64,000 nucleotides of DNA. Origin: Candidatus Colwellbacteria bacterium (GTDB taxonomy: Bacteria > Patescibacteriota > Minisyncoccia > UBA6257 > Colwellbacteraceae). How positions within the stretch are numbered: position 1 is the first letter of the stretch; every line of letters starts with the position of its first letter. The position numbers and the translations under genes were made by a program. Shown here in pieces: positions 9,941 to 21,418 of this stretch. The stretch spans positions 192,001 to 256,000 of the forward strand of contig JACOWZ010000003.1 of the NCBI GenBank assembly GCA_016176525.1. Reading direction: 5' to 3'. The notes beneath the pieces were generated by a model. It was not told the origin of the DNA. It was given only the letters and a program-made list of their open reading frames with translations, and searched no databases.

Positions 9941-10303
9941 TTATAGGCAATTTAACCCGCCAGCAAATGGATTTATATTCCAACCTGTACAGTCAGTGAA
10001 AACAGTTACTATCGTATTTACTATAAGCCATGCAGAGAGCACGATTACAAACCCAACAATTGCATTAAATACACTCTTGCCCGCCTTCTCCAGCTTATAT
10101 GGGTTGCCTTGTGCAAGCATAAATTGAAAACCGCTCCAAATTACCATTAACACAACTATAACGCCTGCAAGAAAAATTCCAAAGTTGAATATATTATAAA
10201 AAAGTTCAAATAAATGCTCCGTGGTGCATTTCTCCAAACCTCCGGCGCCGGTCGGAGAACACTCTGGCACAAGCGCGGCTTGGGCAATTTGTATTAAATT
10301 CAT
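9941..10303 (-). CDS. TrbC/VirB2-like pilin with Cys pairs
   Basis: LVPEC...C, WSGFQFMLAQGNPYKLEKAGKSVFNAIVG, AWLIVNT. Confidence 0.8.
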   Translation of the reverse strand: MNLIQIAQAALVPECSPTGAGGLEKCTTEHLFELFYNIFNFGIFLAGVIVVLMVIWSGFQFMLAQGNPYKLEKAGKSVFNAIVGFVIVLSAWLIVNTIVTVFTDCTGWNINPFAGGLNCL

Positions 10304-10376
10304 CCCCTCACCTAAGCGTTACCAAGTTTTGACCTTTTTTATATTTCATAATCATTTTAGGTGCGGGGATTCATTT

Positions 10377-11651
10377 TTACCTTGGCCTAGATGTTATTAG
10401 TTTTGTAACTTCTTCCGCGGCTAAACTAAGAGCTCTTTGTATACTTGCTCTATCACTTAAGAATGATAATAACATCTTGTCCCACGCTCGGGCAACTTCT
10501 GTGTGGTCGGGGTTTCTCCAGCTTTGTGCACTAAGCGACTGGAGAGCAAAAACTTTAAGCGTTGGGTTTGTTTGATATCGGGCTATAAGCTCGCGAAGCG
10601 CAGGCGGATTACCAGCTATCTTCAAATATTCACCTGCCGGACCAGAATTTAAGGCAGCGAATGTTATAAAGTCCCATGCGGTACCTCTGCTTTTGGTTGC
10701 GTTTGAGGCAGTAAGAGCCCAATATTTTGCATAGTTTACCGGTTGGTCTATATCAAATTGAGGAGCCGGCAATATGCCGATTCTTACGCCCGGATTCATC
10801 GCTTTAATTTGCGGAATTTGGCTAAAATATGCGAAAACTGCAGCAGTCTTGCCATCTGCAAAGGACTTTAGTGAATTATCAAAGGATTCCTCCCATGCAT
10901 AGCTTATATTTTGTTTATTAGAAAACTTCATGTAAAACTCGGAGGCCTCTAAACCGGACGACGAATTAAATGTCGCTCTTTGATAATCAAGGTCGGTCAG
11001 CCTTGCACCATGCTGCAGCATTAAAAGCCGTAGAATATCAGCGGAGTTTGCAACGCTTTTTTCGCTTCCGCCCAAAGACACAGAAGCCCGTGTTAGTATG
11101 CCGCCTTCTATTCTTCGCAGTCGCGGAATCCATCTTTGCACCTCGTCCCAATTTGACTGCGGAGAAGCAACACCGGAGGCATCAAATAAACCTACATTGT
11201 ATATAAGAGCGAGGGTATCTATAGAAAGAGGTAGCCCCCAAACTGCGCCGCCGTCTACAAAATCACTGCTTACAACAGCCGGGAATTTCTCGGTAACAGT
11301 TGCAGGAGAAATTAAATCTGCTGGAGCGGAGACAATTTTGTTTTTATGCTTAGTAAACCAATCGTTCCTAAATATAAAGACATCGGGGCCGGTGCCGGCT
11401 GCCATATTATCTAAAAGCGTCTTTTCATAAACATCTTCGTCAAATCCTGTGTAAGTTATTCTTGTTCTCGGATGCAATGTCGAATACGCACCTATGAGCG
11501 CGTTCCAAGCCGGAGTTTCTTGTTCCAGACCCCAAAAAGAGAGCTGCGCAACGGAACTCTGCGGCGGCCTGCGGCCAACAATGAGCAAAAGAGAGAATAA
11601 AAATACCACGCCGATCGCTATTGCAATTATTATTTTCTGGTTCTTAGTCAT
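10377..11651 (-). CDS. Extracellular solute-binding protein, carbohydrate-type family 1
   Basis: N-terminal anchor; AGTGPDVF, GLPLSIDTLALIYN, FADGKTA, AWDFI. Confidence 0.85.
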   Translation of the reverse strand: MTKNQKIIIAIAIGVVFLFSLLLIVGRRPPQSSVAQLSFWGLEQETPAWNALIGAYSTLHPRTRITYTGFDEDVYEKTLLDNMAAGTGPDVFIFRNDWFTKHKNKIVSAPADLISPATVTEKFPAVVSSDFVDGGAVWGLPLSIDTLALIYNVGLFDASGVASPQSNWDEVQRWIPRLRRIEGGILTRASVSLGGSEKSVANSADILRLLMLQHGARLTDLDYQRATFNSSSGLEASEFYMKFSNKQNISYAWEESFDNSLKSFADGKTAAVFAYFSQIPQIKAMNPGVRIGILPAPQFDIDQPVNYAKYWALTASNATKSRGTAWDFITFAALNSGPAGEYLKIAGNPPALRELIARYQTNPTLKVFALQSLSAQSWRNPDHTEVARAWDKMLLSFLSDRASIQRALSLAAEEVTKLITSRPR

Positions 11652-11656
11652 CCAAC

Positions 11657-14086
11657 TTATATAACTACTGTACCTGCAACTTTATCCCCCGGATTAAGCT
11701 TCATAATGCGCACACCCTGTGCGGACCTGCCAGTGCGGCGAATGCCTTTTAGCTCTGTTTTAATCATTTGGCCTTTAACGGAAACTGCAAGCAACTCACG
11801 CTCGTCCATTATAACATGCGAAGAAATAAGCTCGCCTGTCTTAGGAGTTATTTTTGCGGTTGCGATCCCGGAGCCTCCGCGTTTCTGCAGGCGATATTCC
11901 TTAAGCGGCGTAAACTTGCCGAAACCATTAGACATAATAACCAATAAATTAGCCTGATTTTGTAAGGGTGAAATTATATCCATTGAGCTTACAAAGTCGC
12001 CGGAGCCCAAGCGTATTCCGCGCACACCCGCGGCGGCTCGGCCCATTGCGCTTACATCAGACTCTTTAAATCTGATAGAGCGGCCCTTAGAAGTTGTAAG
12101 AATAATTTCGTCTTTCGGAGAAACAAGCTTTACCCATTTTAACGTATCTTTGCTTTTTAACTTTATGGCAATAATTCCGCTTCTTCTGACGTTTGCAAAA
12201 TCCTGAAGCGTGGTCTTTTTTATAACACCACCCTTTGTAACCATCAATACATTTCGCTTGTCATCTTTTTGGGAAGTGTAAGAAACCAACGCGCTAACAC
12301 CCTTATCCATAGGTATTTCTAAAAAGCCATGTATAGATTTACCTTTTGAAATCCGCGAGGCAACGGGAATTTCGTAAGCTTTGGTTTGATAAACTATTCC
12401 ATTTTCGGCGAAAAACAGCATATTGTCGTGCGAGCTCGCACGTTGGAAGTGGGCTAATATATCAGCCTCATCAACATCCGAGCCTATTATTCCTTTGCCG
12501 CCGCGCTTCTGTAGTTTAAATGTTTTTGGCGGCAGGCGCTTGATGTAGCCGTCTTCGGACATTGTAATAATAACTTCTTCTTTAGGGATTAAATCTTCTA
12601 CTTTAAATTCCTTGAGGCCCGATACAACTACTTTTGTGCGGCGCTCATCGCCAAACCTTTTCTTAATATCTGCGAGCTCGTCTTTTATAACATCTAATAT
12701 TTTTGCAGGAGACTTTAGTAAAAGCGTTAGTTCTTTAATAATCTTTAGTTTTTCTTTAAGTTCAGCCTCAATTTTTTCGCGTTCAAGCGCAGCAAGTGTT
12801 TGCAATTTCATCTCTAAAATAGCCGTTGCCTGCAAATCGCTAAGTTTAAAATTCTTTACTAAGTTTTTATGAGCTGCTTCTTTATCGGAAGATTTTTTAA
12901 TAGTTGCAATTATTTTGTCTATTACCCCAAGCGCTTTTGAGAGACCCTCCAAAATATGCGCTCTTTCTTTTGCGCGCGCCAAATCAAACTCCGCACGGCG
13001 GCGAACCACGTTTTTCCTGTGTTCTATAAAATCAGCTAGCGCATCTTTAATTGTAAGAGTGCTGGGTTTTAGACCTTCGCGCAGGCCCAGTAAATTAAGG
13101 TGAAAATCTTTTTGGAGATCTGTCGAATTGTAGAGCTGGTTTAAAAGTTTTTGCGGCACGGCGTCTGATTTAAGGTCTATAACTATACGCAAACCCTCTC
13201 TATCTGACTCATCTCTTAAATCTTTTATGCCTTCAATTCTCTTGTCTTTTACAAGTTCTGCAATTTTAACTACAAGGTCGGCTTTGTTAACTTGATATGG
13301 AATTTCCGTGATGACTATTTTTTTCTCATCAACCTCCGTTAGCGCGCGCACTGTAATAGTGCCGCGGCCTGCAGCGTAGGCATCTCCAATCGCACGCTTG
13401 TTGTAGATTATTCCGCCTGTCGGAAAATCTGGTCCCTTAATAAATTCCATTAAATCTTCTGATGTAGCGTGCGGCGCTTCAATTAAGTGGAGTATTGCGT
13501 CGGATACCTCGCTTAAATTGTGCGGAGGAATTTTTGTAGCCATTCCTACCGCTATGCCATCCGAGCCGTTTATAAGCATATTGGGTATTTTAGTGGGAAG
13601 CACGGAGGGCTCTTTGCGCGATGCATCGTAGTTTGGAGTAAAGTCTACGGTGTCGCGGTCTATGTCGGCCAAAAGTTCTTCTGCGATTTTAGACAAACGG
13701 CATTCTGTATAACGCATTGCTGCCGGGTTGTCGCCGTCTATTGAGCCAAAGTTGCCCTGCCCCTGGATTAAGGGGTAGCGTAAAGAAAAATCTTGAGCCA
13801 TTCTGGTTAGGGCATCGTAAACCGAAGTATCTCCATGCGGGTGGTAGCGGCCCAAAGTTTCTCCAACCACGTTTGCAGACTTGCGTAATTTTGCAGAAGA
13901 AGTTAGCCCAGAGTCCCACATGGCCCAAAGAATGCGCCTGTGCACAGGTTTTAAGCCGTCGCGCGCGTCAGGCAAAGCGCGGCCAACAATGACAGACATT
14001 GCATAGTCTAAATAAGACTCTTTAAGTTCGGTGGTTATTTCGCGCCTGCTTATTTTCCCGCCTGTATTTTTCTCTAAGTCAGCCAT
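11657..14086 (-). CDS. gyrA: DNA gyrase subunit A
   Basis: [28 protein letters not shown] (catalytic Tyr), GyrA box QKRGGKG, beta-pinwheel repeats. Confidence 0.98.
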   Translation of the reverse strand: MADLEKNTGGKISRREITTELKESYLDYAMSVIVGRALPDARDGLKPVHRRILWAMWDSGLTSSAKLRKSANVVGETLGRYHPHGDTSVYDALTRMAQDFSLRYPLIQGQGNFGSIDGDNPAAMRYTECRLSKIAEELLADIDRDTVDFTPNYDASRKEPSVLPTKIPNMLINGSDGIAVGMATKIPPHNLSEVSDAILHLIEAPHATSEDLMEFIKGPDFPTGGIIYNKRAIGDAYAAGRGTITVRALTEVDEKKIVITEIPYQVNKADLVVKIAELVKDKRIEGIKDLRDESDREGLRIVIDLKSDAVPQKLLNQLYNSTDLQKDFHLNLLGLREGLKPSTLTIKDALADFIEHRKNVVRRRAEFDLARAKERAHILEGLSKALGVIDKIIATIKKSSDKEAAHKNLVKNFKLSDLQATAILEMKLQTLAALEREKIEAELKEKLKIIKELTLLLKSPAKILDVIKDELADIKKRFGDERRTKVVVSGLKEFKVEDLIPKEEVIITMSEDGYIKRLPPKTFKLQKRGGKGIIGSDVDEADILAHFQRASSHDNMLFFAENGIVYQTKAYEIPVASRISKGKSIHGFLEIPMDKGVSALVSYTSQKDDKRNVLMVTKGGVIKKTTLQDFANVRRSGIIAIKLKSKDTLKWVKLVSPKDEIILTTSKGRSIRFKESDVSAMGRAAAGVRGIRLGSGDFVSSMDIISPLQNQANLLVIMSNGFGKFTPLKEYRLQKRGGSGIATAKITPKTGELISSHVIMDERELLAVSVKGQMIKTELKGIRRTGRSAQGVRIMKLNPGDKVAGTVVI

Positions 14087-14619
14087 ATTATTTTAAGTGT
14101 TGCTTCCGACAAATCTTTTTTCTTTATAGTTAATTTATCCGATTTTTCAGGCTTTAACCCAAGCTCATCGGCCAAATATTTTGGATTACCCAAAGACACA
14201 ATAAGTTTTGGCTCAATAGTTTTTATAATTTCCTCTATTTTTTTAGCTTCGGTGGCATTTGCGCCCGCTCCGACAAAAAGAATATCTACTTCGCCAAGCT
14301 TATCAAGCACACTATCGTCCGGCTTGGATTTAAGCTCCCCCAAAAAACAAAGATTTATTTCGTCCATATGCGCAATGTATGCAGTTCTTAAAAACTTCGC
14401 AGTAGATTCTTTAGGCAATGATATACCCCTGATTTTCACTCCCGCCATTTCGTATTCTCCTGGGCCCTGTATAATACTGCCTGGGGCATTTTTTATAGGC
14501 AGTTCTGTTGCGGTTTTTATAGACACATCGCCAGAACCCTCGCGGGCAGAATCAACATATAGCGAAAAATCCGACAACTGGCACTTAATCTGTCTTTCTC
14601 CCTGAATGGTTATAACCAT
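14074..14619 (-). CDS. Degenerate metallo-beta-lactamase-fold protein
   Basis: [24 protein letters not shown]; no HxHxDH metal motif. Confidence 0.6.
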   Translation of the reverse strand: MVITIQGERQIKCQLSDFSLYVDSAREGSGDVSIKTATELPIKNAPGSIIQGPGEYEMAGVKIRGISLPKESTAKFLRTAYIAHMDEINLCFLGELKSKPDDSVLDKLGEVDILFVGAGANATEAKKIEEIIKTIEPKLIVSLGNPKYLADELGLKPEKSDKLTIKKKDLSEATLKIIWLT

Positions 14620-14683
14620 AGACTGTAAATTCTAGCGCAGAACAGCTTGCTTTTCAATTAGAATTGACTATAATATCTGCACT

Positions 14684-15799
14684 ATGGAAACCACAACAAC
14701 TAAAAAAGATTCTCTGCAAATGCAAATTTTGAAAGGCGATGCCTTATCTATGCCTCTTTTAAAGCATGGAGATTTGACGGATGTAAGGTTATTAGAGAAA
14801 ACAAGCAAGGGAGTTTTCTTTGAGATTCCAAAGGTGGGCACGGGCGTTCTATATGGTGCAGAACTGGCAAACGCCAGAGAGATTTTAAAGAAGATGAAAG
14901 TTGGAGACTCGGCCACTGCGAAAGTTGTGCTTGCAGAAAACAAAGACGGTTTGGTTGAGCTATCATTAGCAGAGGCAGGAGCGCAAAAAGTTTGGGCTGA
15001 ACTAAAAGAATTAAAAGAAAAAGACGAACCTATAAAGGTAAAAATAATAAACGCCAACGCCGGCGGCCTAATAGCCGACATATCCGGACTATCTGCTTTT
15101 TTACCTTCTTCGCAACTTTCCAACGAAAATTACCCAAGTGGCCTAGATATGCAAGCCGGCGAAGACAGGACAAAGCTTGCCGAAGAGCTTAAAAAATTTA
15201 TAGGGCAAGAGTTTACTGTAAAGGTATTAAACATTAACCCGCGCAGCGGCAAACTTATAATTTCCGAAAGAGAAGTTGTAAGCCAAAACGTTAAAGAATT
15301 AGTAGAGAAATATAATGCGGGAGATGTTGTCTCCGGCATAGTATCCGGCGTAACTAACTTTGGCGCTTTTATAAAATTTGCAGACCAACCGGAAATTGAA
15401 GGTCTTATCCACATATCTGAACTCGGCCACCGCCTAATAGAGAATCCTAAAGAGATAGTTGCAATAGGCGATATGGTACGCGCTAAAATAATAGATATAA
15501 AAGACGGAAAGGTTTCTCTATCTCTTAAAGCCTTGCAAGTTGATCCGTGGGCAAAAGCTGCAGAAAAATTCAAAGAAGGCGGAAGCATAAAAGGCACCGT
15601 ATACAAATTGAATCCTTTTGGAGCTATAATAATGTTAGGAGGCGACATAACTGGGTTAATCCACGTTTCTGAATTCGGCAGTACGGAAGAATTAAAGAAA
15701 AATCTGACTGTTGGTAAAGAATATAACTTTTTAATTGACTCAGTAAAACCCGAAAACAAACGTATAATTCTAAAACTAGCAAGTGAAAAGTCTGTATAA
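14684..15799 (+). CDS. rpsA: 30S ribosomal protein S1, about four S1 domains
   Basis: S1 repeats: AFLPSSQL, FGAFI..EGLIHISEL, FGA..GLIHVSEF. Confidence 0.85.
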   Translation: METTTTKKDSLQMQILKGDALSMPLLKHGDLTDVRLLEKTSKGVFFEIPKVGTGVLYGAELANAREILKKMKVGDSATAKVVLAENKDGLVELSLAEAGAQKVWAELKELKEKDEPIKVKIINANAGGLIADISGLSAFLPSSQLSNENYPSGLDMQAGEDRTKLAEELKKFIGQEFTVKVLNINPRSGKLIISEREVVSQNVKELVEKYNAGDVVSGIVSGVTNFGAFIKFADQPEIEGLIHISELGHRLIENPKEIVAIGDMVRAKIIDIKDGKVSLSLKALQVDPWAKAAEKFKEGGSIKGTVYKLNPFGAIIMLGGDITGLIHVSEFGSTEELKKNLTVGKEYNFLIDSVKPENKRIILKLASEKSV

Positions 15800-17621
15800 A
15801 AATTTTATATGGGTAGTAGTAATACTGCTGGTTTTTTCGTTTTTGGCCTCGTCTTTTGAAACATCTGCGCCAAAAGAAACAATAAGTATAAGTGATCTGG
15901 CCGCAAAAATAACAAATGGCGAGATTACAAAAATTCTTGTAAACGGCGATGAGCTCGCGATTGAAGCGACAAATGGAGAAGAATTCAAAAGCCGCAAAGA
16001 AGACGGCGTTGGGCTAACTGTAACACTCTCAAACTACAACATATCGTCCGAAGCACTCGCTGCAGTTGATATTGAAGTAAAGAGCGAATCTACGCTTACA
16101 TTCTGGGCAAGTCTCTTAATACCTACACTCCTGCCACTTATAATAATTGTCTCTATAATTTTCTGGATGATGCGCCGTGCAAAGGGCGGCATTAACCAAG
16201 CTTTTACATTCGGCAAAGCAAACGTAAAAAGATTTGCGCCTTTTAGGAAAAAGATAACTTTTAAAGATGTTGCAGGGTTAAAAGAGGCAAAACAAGAGCT
16301 GGTTGAGGTAGTGGACTTTCTAAAAAACCCGAAGAAATATCTGGATATAGGCGCAAAAATACCGCGCGGAGTGCTTTTAATGGGTAGCCCCGGCACCGGC
16401 AAGACACTTCTCGCCCGTGCTGTGGCTGGTGAGGCAGATGTGCCGTTTTTCCATATGTCGGCATCGGAGTTTGTGGAGATGTTTGTTGGTGTTGGCGCCA
16501 GTCGGGTGCGCGATTTGTTTGAAACCGCAAAGAAAACTGCGCCTTCAATAATATTTATTGACGAGATAGATGCAATCGGCCGCGAACGCGGAGCTGGCCT
16601 TGGCGGTGGGCACGACGAACGCGAACAAACACTAAACCAGATTTTGGTGGAGATGGACGGCTTTGAAAAAAACACAAAAACCATAGTAATGGCCGCCACA
16701 AACAGACCGGATGTTTTAGACCAAGCATTACTGCGGCCCGGCAGGTTCGACAGAAGAATAGTGCTGGATTTGCCGGATATCGGCGAGCGCGAGCAAATAC
16801 TTACTTTGCATGTGGAAGGCAAACCAATTGCTAAAGATATGGACCTAAGAAAAGTCGCATCGCGTACTCCCGGGTTTTCCGGCGCAGATTTAGAAAACCT
16901 TATGAACGAAGCGGCAATTCTAGCGGCACAAAAGAACGAAAAGGTTATAACCCAGCAAGATATATACGACTCCGTAGAGAAAGTACTCTTGGGTCCGGCG
17001 AGAAAATCACGTCTCGTATCTAAAAGAGAAAAAGAGATAACCGCATACCACGAAGCAGGGCATGCAATTGTCGCGGCGGGGCTAAAAGACTCCGACCCGG
17101 TGCATAAAGTTTCTATTGTTGCGCGCGGAAGAGCCGGAGGCTACACCCTAAAACTGCCGCTTGAAGACAATCGGTTAAAAACCAGATCGCAATTTATGGC
17201 AGACCTTGCGGTTTCTATGGGCGGATACGCCGCGGAAAAAATAACTTTTAACGAACTTACAACCGGCGCCTCAAACGACATTAAAGTTGCTTCCGACCTT
17301 GCTAGAGCGCTTGTTACCCGTTATGGCATGAGCGAAGAATTAGGGCCACAAACTTTCGGCAAAACGGAAGAAATGGTTTTCCTAGGCCGTGAAATAGCAA
17401 CACATAAAGACTATTCAGAAACAGTTGCACAAAAAATAGACGAAGAAGTCAGTAATTTTATAGAAACGGCTTACAAAACCGCAGCGAATATTATATCAAA
17501 ACACAAAAATCTTTTAAAAAAGATTGCAGACGAACTAATTAAGAAAGAAACTCTTGAGCAAGAAGAATTCTATGCGCTAATAGGCAAAGGTTTAAAGCCT
17601 ATGAAAATCTCTGCTCTATAA
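15783..17621 (+). CDS. ftsH: ATP-dependent zinc metalloprotease FtsH
   Basis: Two TM helices, [27 protein letters not shown]. Confidence 0.98.
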   Translation: MKSLYKNFIWVVVILLVFSFLASSFETSAPKETISISDLAAKITNGEITKILVNGDELAIEATNGEEFKSRKEDGVGLTVTLSNYNISSEALAAVDIEVKSESTLTFWASLLIPTLLPLIIIVSIIFWMMRRAKGGINQAFTFGKANVKRFAPFRKKITFKDVAGLKEAKQELVEVVDFLKNPKKYLDIGAKIPRGVLLMGSPGTGKTLLARAVAGEADVPFFHMSASEFVEMFVGVGASRVRDLFETAKKTAPSIIFIDEIDAIGRERGAGLGGGHDEREQTLNQILVEMDGFEKNTKTIVMAATNRPDVLDQALLRPGRFDRRIVLDLPDIGEREQILTLHVEGKPIAKDMDLRKVASRTPGFSGADLENLMNEAAILAAQKNEKVITQQDIYDSVEKVLLGPARKSRLVSKREKEITAYHEAGHAIVAAGLKDSDPVHKVSIVARGRAGGYTLKLPLEDNRLKTRSQFMADLAVSMGGYAAEKITFNELTTGASNDIKVASDLARALVTRYGMSEELGPQTFGKTEEMVFLGREIATHKDYSETVAQKIDEEVSNFIETAYKTAANIISKHKNLLKKIADELIKKETLEQEEFYALIGKGLKPMKISAL

Positions 17622-17632
17622 GACTTTCCCTT

Positions 17633-17821
17633 CTATTTCCCAAAGCGGAAACCGGTGTATGCAAGATAGCCAGTGAGAATAACCGCGAGCCAACTTAGCC
17701 ACATCGGCACAGACCACCCGCCTATAACTGCCGACCAGCCGTTAAGAATCCTAAGAGCGTGGACGACTCCGACTATTAAAAATATTGTGCTGGCTACCTT
17801 GAAAAACGTTTTATGAGTCAT
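17633..17821 (-). CDS. Small two-TM membrane protein
   Basis: 62 aa with two hydrophobic helices (IFLIVGVVHALRI; VPMWLSWLAVIL). Confidence 0.7.
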   Translation of the reverse strand: MTHKTFFKVASTIFLIVGVVHALRILNGWSAVIGGWSVPMWLSWLAVILTGYLAYTGFRFGK

Positions 17822-17867
17822 ATTAACAGAATTATGAATTAAGAATTCCGACCTTTCTTTAATTGTA

Positions 17868-18470
17868 TCAAATAGACTTTATAAGCCACACCAGTTCCGG
17901 AAACGTGCTTTGGTTAAAGTGTTGTTTTTTGCTAAAGATTTTTAGCTCTGCACCTGGAAGTTCGCGTCTATATTTATTTACTTCTTCAAAAGGCACAAGT
18001 GGGTCATCCTTGCTCTGAAAAAAATAAACTCTCTTGCATTGCCTGCTAAATCTGGCAAGGGATCTCGGTAGTTTAAAATCCTTAAAAACTTCGTTGTTCG
18101 TAGAGCCGTTATATGGCGCGGCCACGATTACCACTGCTCCCGGCTTTTTGCGCATAGTGTTCTCTGACAAGTATTTTGCTAAAAACATGCCGCCTAGCGA
18201 ATGACCGATAAAAATCGCCCCGCGTTTTACGAAAGGCAACAATTTCTCAAACCATATTTTCCATTCCTTATAGCGCGCATCAAACCTATTCGGCATCTCG
18301 GGGCTTATCACGTCAAACTTTATGCCAAGTTTTTCCTGCAGAGAATTCTTCCAACCTTCTTTTCTAAAGTAATCAATGCTCTTTACTTTTTTGCCCTTTA
18401 AATAAGCAACTAATTTCTTACGCGAAGCAAACACACCTCCACCTCCTATAACAATAATCTGGCGTTTCAT
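17868..18470 (-). CDS. Alpha/beta hydrolase, RBBP9/YdeN family
   Basis: GHSLG nucleophile, SKDDPLVP, C-terminal QHFN. Confidence 0.88.
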   Translation of the reverse strand: MKRQIIVIGGGGVFASRKKLVAYLKGKKVKSIDYFRKEGWKNSLQEKLGIKFDVISPEMPNRFDARYKEWKIWFEKLLPFVKRGAIFIGHSLGGMFLAKYLSENTMRKKPGAVVIVAAPYNGSTNNEVFKDFKLPRSLARFSRQCKRVYFFQSKDDPLVPFEEVNKYRRELPGAELKIFSKKQHFNQSTFPELVWLIKSI

Positions 18471-18478
18471 AACTTTTG

Positions 18479-18549
18479 TGGGAGTACTTGGAGTCGAACC
18501 AAGGACCGTTCTGTATAAGAGAACTGTTTTGCCGTTAAACTATACTCCC
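18479..18549 (-). tRNA. tRNA-Ile(TAT), CCA not encoded
   Basis: Acceptor GGGAGTA/TACTCCC, D arm GTTT/AAAC, anticodon arm GTTCT-CTTATAC-AGAAC, T arm CTTGG-TTCGACT-CCAAG, discriminator A. Confidence 0.92.
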
Positions 18550-18566
18550 GGAGCACGTTCTTGATA

Positions 18567-20954
18567 TTACTCAATTGTTTTCAAGCGCGCAAGGATTTCT
18601 GAATCAACTTCTGTTTTTGGCCTTCCGTAGCGGGAGAGCGACAAGCGTTTTACCTCTGTATAAACTGCGGAGTTCCCTTCTTGTGGCCTATATACAGCCA
18701 TAGAAAATGGCCTTGTCGTTTTGCCGCCGGAAAGAAGTTTTGCATAAAGATTAAAATTATCAATATTTATCAAATCCGATTCGTTAAACACGGGGGCAAA
18801 TTGTTTTGCCAAAGTTTCCGCATCTTCTGCACCAACCCTAAACGATAAGATACTGCCAACATTACCGAAGACAGCATCACGTATGTCGTCCTCCAACTGG
18901 GCTATAAATTGGTGCGCGACGGTGAGGTTTAGTTTATACTTGCGCGCCTCGGAGAGGATCGTTGCGATTGAGTCAGTTGCAAAATTTTGGAACTCGTCTA
19001 TATATAGATAAAAATCTTTGCGGTCTGCCTCCTTCATATCTACGCGCGAAAATGCAGCCATTAAAATTTTCCCGACAATAATTAGCCCCAAAAGCGAGGA
19101 GCTTATATCCCCCAAACGCCCTTTTGCCAAGCTCACTATCAAAATCTTTTTACTATCCAATATATCGCGAAACTTTATTGTGCTCTTAGACTGCGCGATA
19201 ATCGGTCGCACATAGTCGTTGCCCAAAAACGCGTTGAATTTTGATGTGATATAAGGCACAAGATTTTGCAAAGATGCCTCGCCGCCGGCTTTTTCCGCCT
19301 CTTTCTCCCAAAAGTCGCGAACCAAAACATCTGTTGTATTTTCTAAGAGTGATTTTCTAAACTCTTTGTCTGCGAGTACTTTTGGAATCTCTAATATCGT
19401 GTATCCGCGCTCGGGATACGCCATCAAAAGCTGCAAAGCATTCCTCGTATATTGCTCAAAAATCGGCCCGCCAGTTTCTTTTAGGTTGTAGAGCTTGTCA
19501 AAGATATTCATAAGCTCGTTTATAATAAATGTCTTCTGCTCCGGATATCGCGGGTCGTACTCCAACATATTTAAGCCAATGGGCATCGCTAGTTCCGCGG
19601 GGTCGACAACCACAACATCGTTATATCTTTCTTTTGGGATCAAACCCAGAATATCTTCTGCTATATCACCGTGCGGGTCTATTAACCCAACACCCTCGCC
19701 ATTCAAAATATCCTGCACAATCATATTTTTCATCAAACTCGTCTTGCCTGTGCCTGTTTGGCCCACAACGTATACGTGCCTGCGCCTGTCTTCTTGCGTA
19801 AGAAATATTTTGCGTTCATTGCCGCGAAAAACATTTTTACCCAACAATAGTCCTTCTCTTGGCAACTCAACAGGCGCTTCCGTAAGCCTAGCTTTTGCGG
19901 TTTTAACCCGAGACGCCTCTAGCGCAACATTCGGAAAATGATAGATACTCGTTAACTCCTCGGTTGATAAAACAATTTTCTCTTTTTTATCAAAAAGCCT
20001 GTAGGCAAAATTAAACAAAAGCTTCTTTAGCTCGCCCCCTTTTGCATGGACGAACCTTATGCTGTTTGATACCGGGTAATTAAACTGCCCAAAAACGTTC
20101 TCAATTTGCCTTTCAACATCTTCTGCTTCCGCAGGGGTTTTAGCGGAGGCAATAATTCTAATATTTACCTCTAAATGGTTTTTTGATGATTTTTTCTCTA
20201 TTGCTTTTATAAGCTCTTCCGAAACCTCCGAGGAGCTTCCAAGTTGTTCTTCTACCTTTCTCGCCGAAACTGTTTTGATTGTTTTAGAAATAGGGTCTTC
20301 AGAAACAAGTTTTAGCGCCTCTTCCAAACTCTTGCCCTTTCTTAAATATTTAGCAATTTTTATGCCTGTCTTACGCACTCTACGACCCATAGCCGGCTTA
20401 AAAAGCACTTGCAAGGCCGCACCTTCGCCGATTTCTTTTAGTTTAGAAAGAGCGCCGGCAATTCCTCGCAATGGGTCAGACTCCAAATCTGTATAAGTTT
20501 TAATTGGCAAAGAAGTACTTCTCTCCAAGATCGCATAAGCGCCAAAAGCCGCGCCGGACGGATTAAAAATATTGTAATCCTGAACCTCTTCTATATTGGC
20601 GTTTGGGAAATAGCTGTATATTTGCTTCTCAGCATCTCCAATTATGCGCGCCGGCGCAGAAATATAAAACACAATTTCTTCGCCAACATGCGGCACGGCA
20701 ACCTCAATGGCGATATGCGCATTTTTTAGCTTACTAAACGCGGAGTAAAACTGCTCCATCACAGCTATTTTTTCTTTTGGATCTTCGCCTTCTTTCTGTA
20801 TATCTCTCGGGAGACTTACAGATAAGAGCCGCATGTTAAGAGACTTTGCAACGCGCTCTCTAAAATTTCTGTGTGTGATGATAACTGCAGCGAATATAAG
20901 AGCGAGAACTACTACAAAGAGTAGAAAACTCAAAACTATTAAGACTGAAGCCAT
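18567..20954 (-). CDS. VirD4/TraD-like coupling ATPase (HerA/FtsK superfamily) with N-terminal TM
   Basis: DRRRHVYVVGQTGTGKT, IDPHGD, LYIDEFQNF, LSEARKY, AHQF, FGNVGS. Confidence 0.88.
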   Translation of the reverse strand: MASVLIVLSFLLFVVVLALIFAAVIITHRNFRERVAKSLNMRLLSVSLPRDIQKEGEDPKEKIAVMEQFYSAFSKLKNAHIAIEVAVPHVGEEIVFYISAPARIIGDAEKQIYSYFPNANIEEVQDYNIFNPSGAAFGAYAILERSTSLPIKTYTDLESDPLRGIAGALSKLKEIGEGAALQVLFKPAMGRRVRKTGIKIAKYLRKGKSLEEALKLVSEDPISKTIKTVSARKVEEQLGSSSEVSEELIKAIEKKSSKNHLEVNIRIIASAKTPAEAEDVERQIENVFGQFNYPVSNSIRFVHAKGGELKKLLFNFAYRLFDKKEKIVLSTEELTSIYHFPNVALEASRVKTAKARLTEAPVELPREGLLLGKNVFRGNERKIFLTQEDRRRHVYVVGQTGTGKTSLMKNMIVQDILNGEGVGLIDPHGDIAEDILGLIPKERYNDVVVVDPAELAMPIGLNMLEYDPRYPEQKTFIINELMNIFDKLYNLKETGGPIFEQYTRNALQLLMAYPERGYTILEIPKVLADKEFRKSLLENTTDVLVRDFWEKEAEKAGGEASLQNLVPYITSKFNAFLGNDYVRPIIAQSKSTIKFRDILDSKKILIVSLAKGRLGDISSSLLGLIIVGKILMAAFSRVDMKEADRKDFYLYIDEFQNFATDSIATILSEARKYKLNLTVAHQFIAQLEDDIRDAVFGNVGSILSFRVGAEDAETLAKQFAPVFNESDLINIDNFNLYAKLLSGGKTTRPFSMAVYRPQEGNSAVYTEVKRLSLSRYGRPKTEVDSEILARLKTIE

Positions 20955-21289
20955 TTAATTAAAGAATCATGTAATTGGTCTTCTAACCAAGGGTCACCGA
21001 TTTTCCGCGCGGCAAGCGATGCCTTAACCGGACCATGCTCGGCCGCATAGTCCAAAAGTTTTTTTAGTTTTACGGTTTTGTCTGTAATTTCCTCGCCTGC
21101 AAATTCTATCTTCGGTAATGTGCCGGCGACCTGCGCAGACTTGGCTTTCGCCACATATTCATCAATCGCTTCTCGTGCAACCTCTCTTGGTTTCTTCTCT
21201 ATTCCTTTTTCGGAATAGTTAACAACCTTTTCGCGGACAGATTCGCCTATTGTTTTAAGTTCTTCGTAATGGCGTTCGGGAAAATTCAT
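20939..21289 (-). CDS. Hypothetical protein overlapping the start of the coupling ATPase
   Basis: ORF from MNFPERHY to DPWLEDQLHDSL. Confidence 0.65.
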   Translation of the reverse strand: MNFPERHYEELKTIGESVREKVVNYSEKGIEKKPREVAREAIDEYVAKAKSAQVAGTLPKIEFAGEEITDKTVKLKKLLDYAAEHGPVKASLAARKIGDPWLEDQLHDSLIKWLQS

Positions 21290-21335
21290 GGTTTTACAAG
21301 TTAAGTATAGCAAATTATAATTGCTTGTATTCTAT

Positions 21336-21379
21336 GCGCGCTTAGCTCAGTGGAAGAGGGCGCACTCGCCCGTTTACAC
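21336..21379 (+). pseudogene. Degenerate copy of the 5' half of tRNA-Val
   Basis: GCGCGCTTAGCTCAGTGG identical to the tRNA start, then an insertion, then CGTTTACAC of the anticodon loop. Confidence 0.7.
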
Positions 21380-21418
21380 ATTTTCGTAATTTCGCTATTC
21401 TAGTATCAGCTTAAGTAT

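Noticed and set aside
8053-10303. Integrated conjugative element or prophage at tRNA-Leu
   Set aside because: The att-like repeats enclose only about 150 bp; the recombinase and the pilins lie outside them among core genes.
15130-16822. Long antisense ORFs of 209 and 262 aa opposite rpsA and ftsH
   Set aside because: Typical shadows of conserved genes; no motifs.
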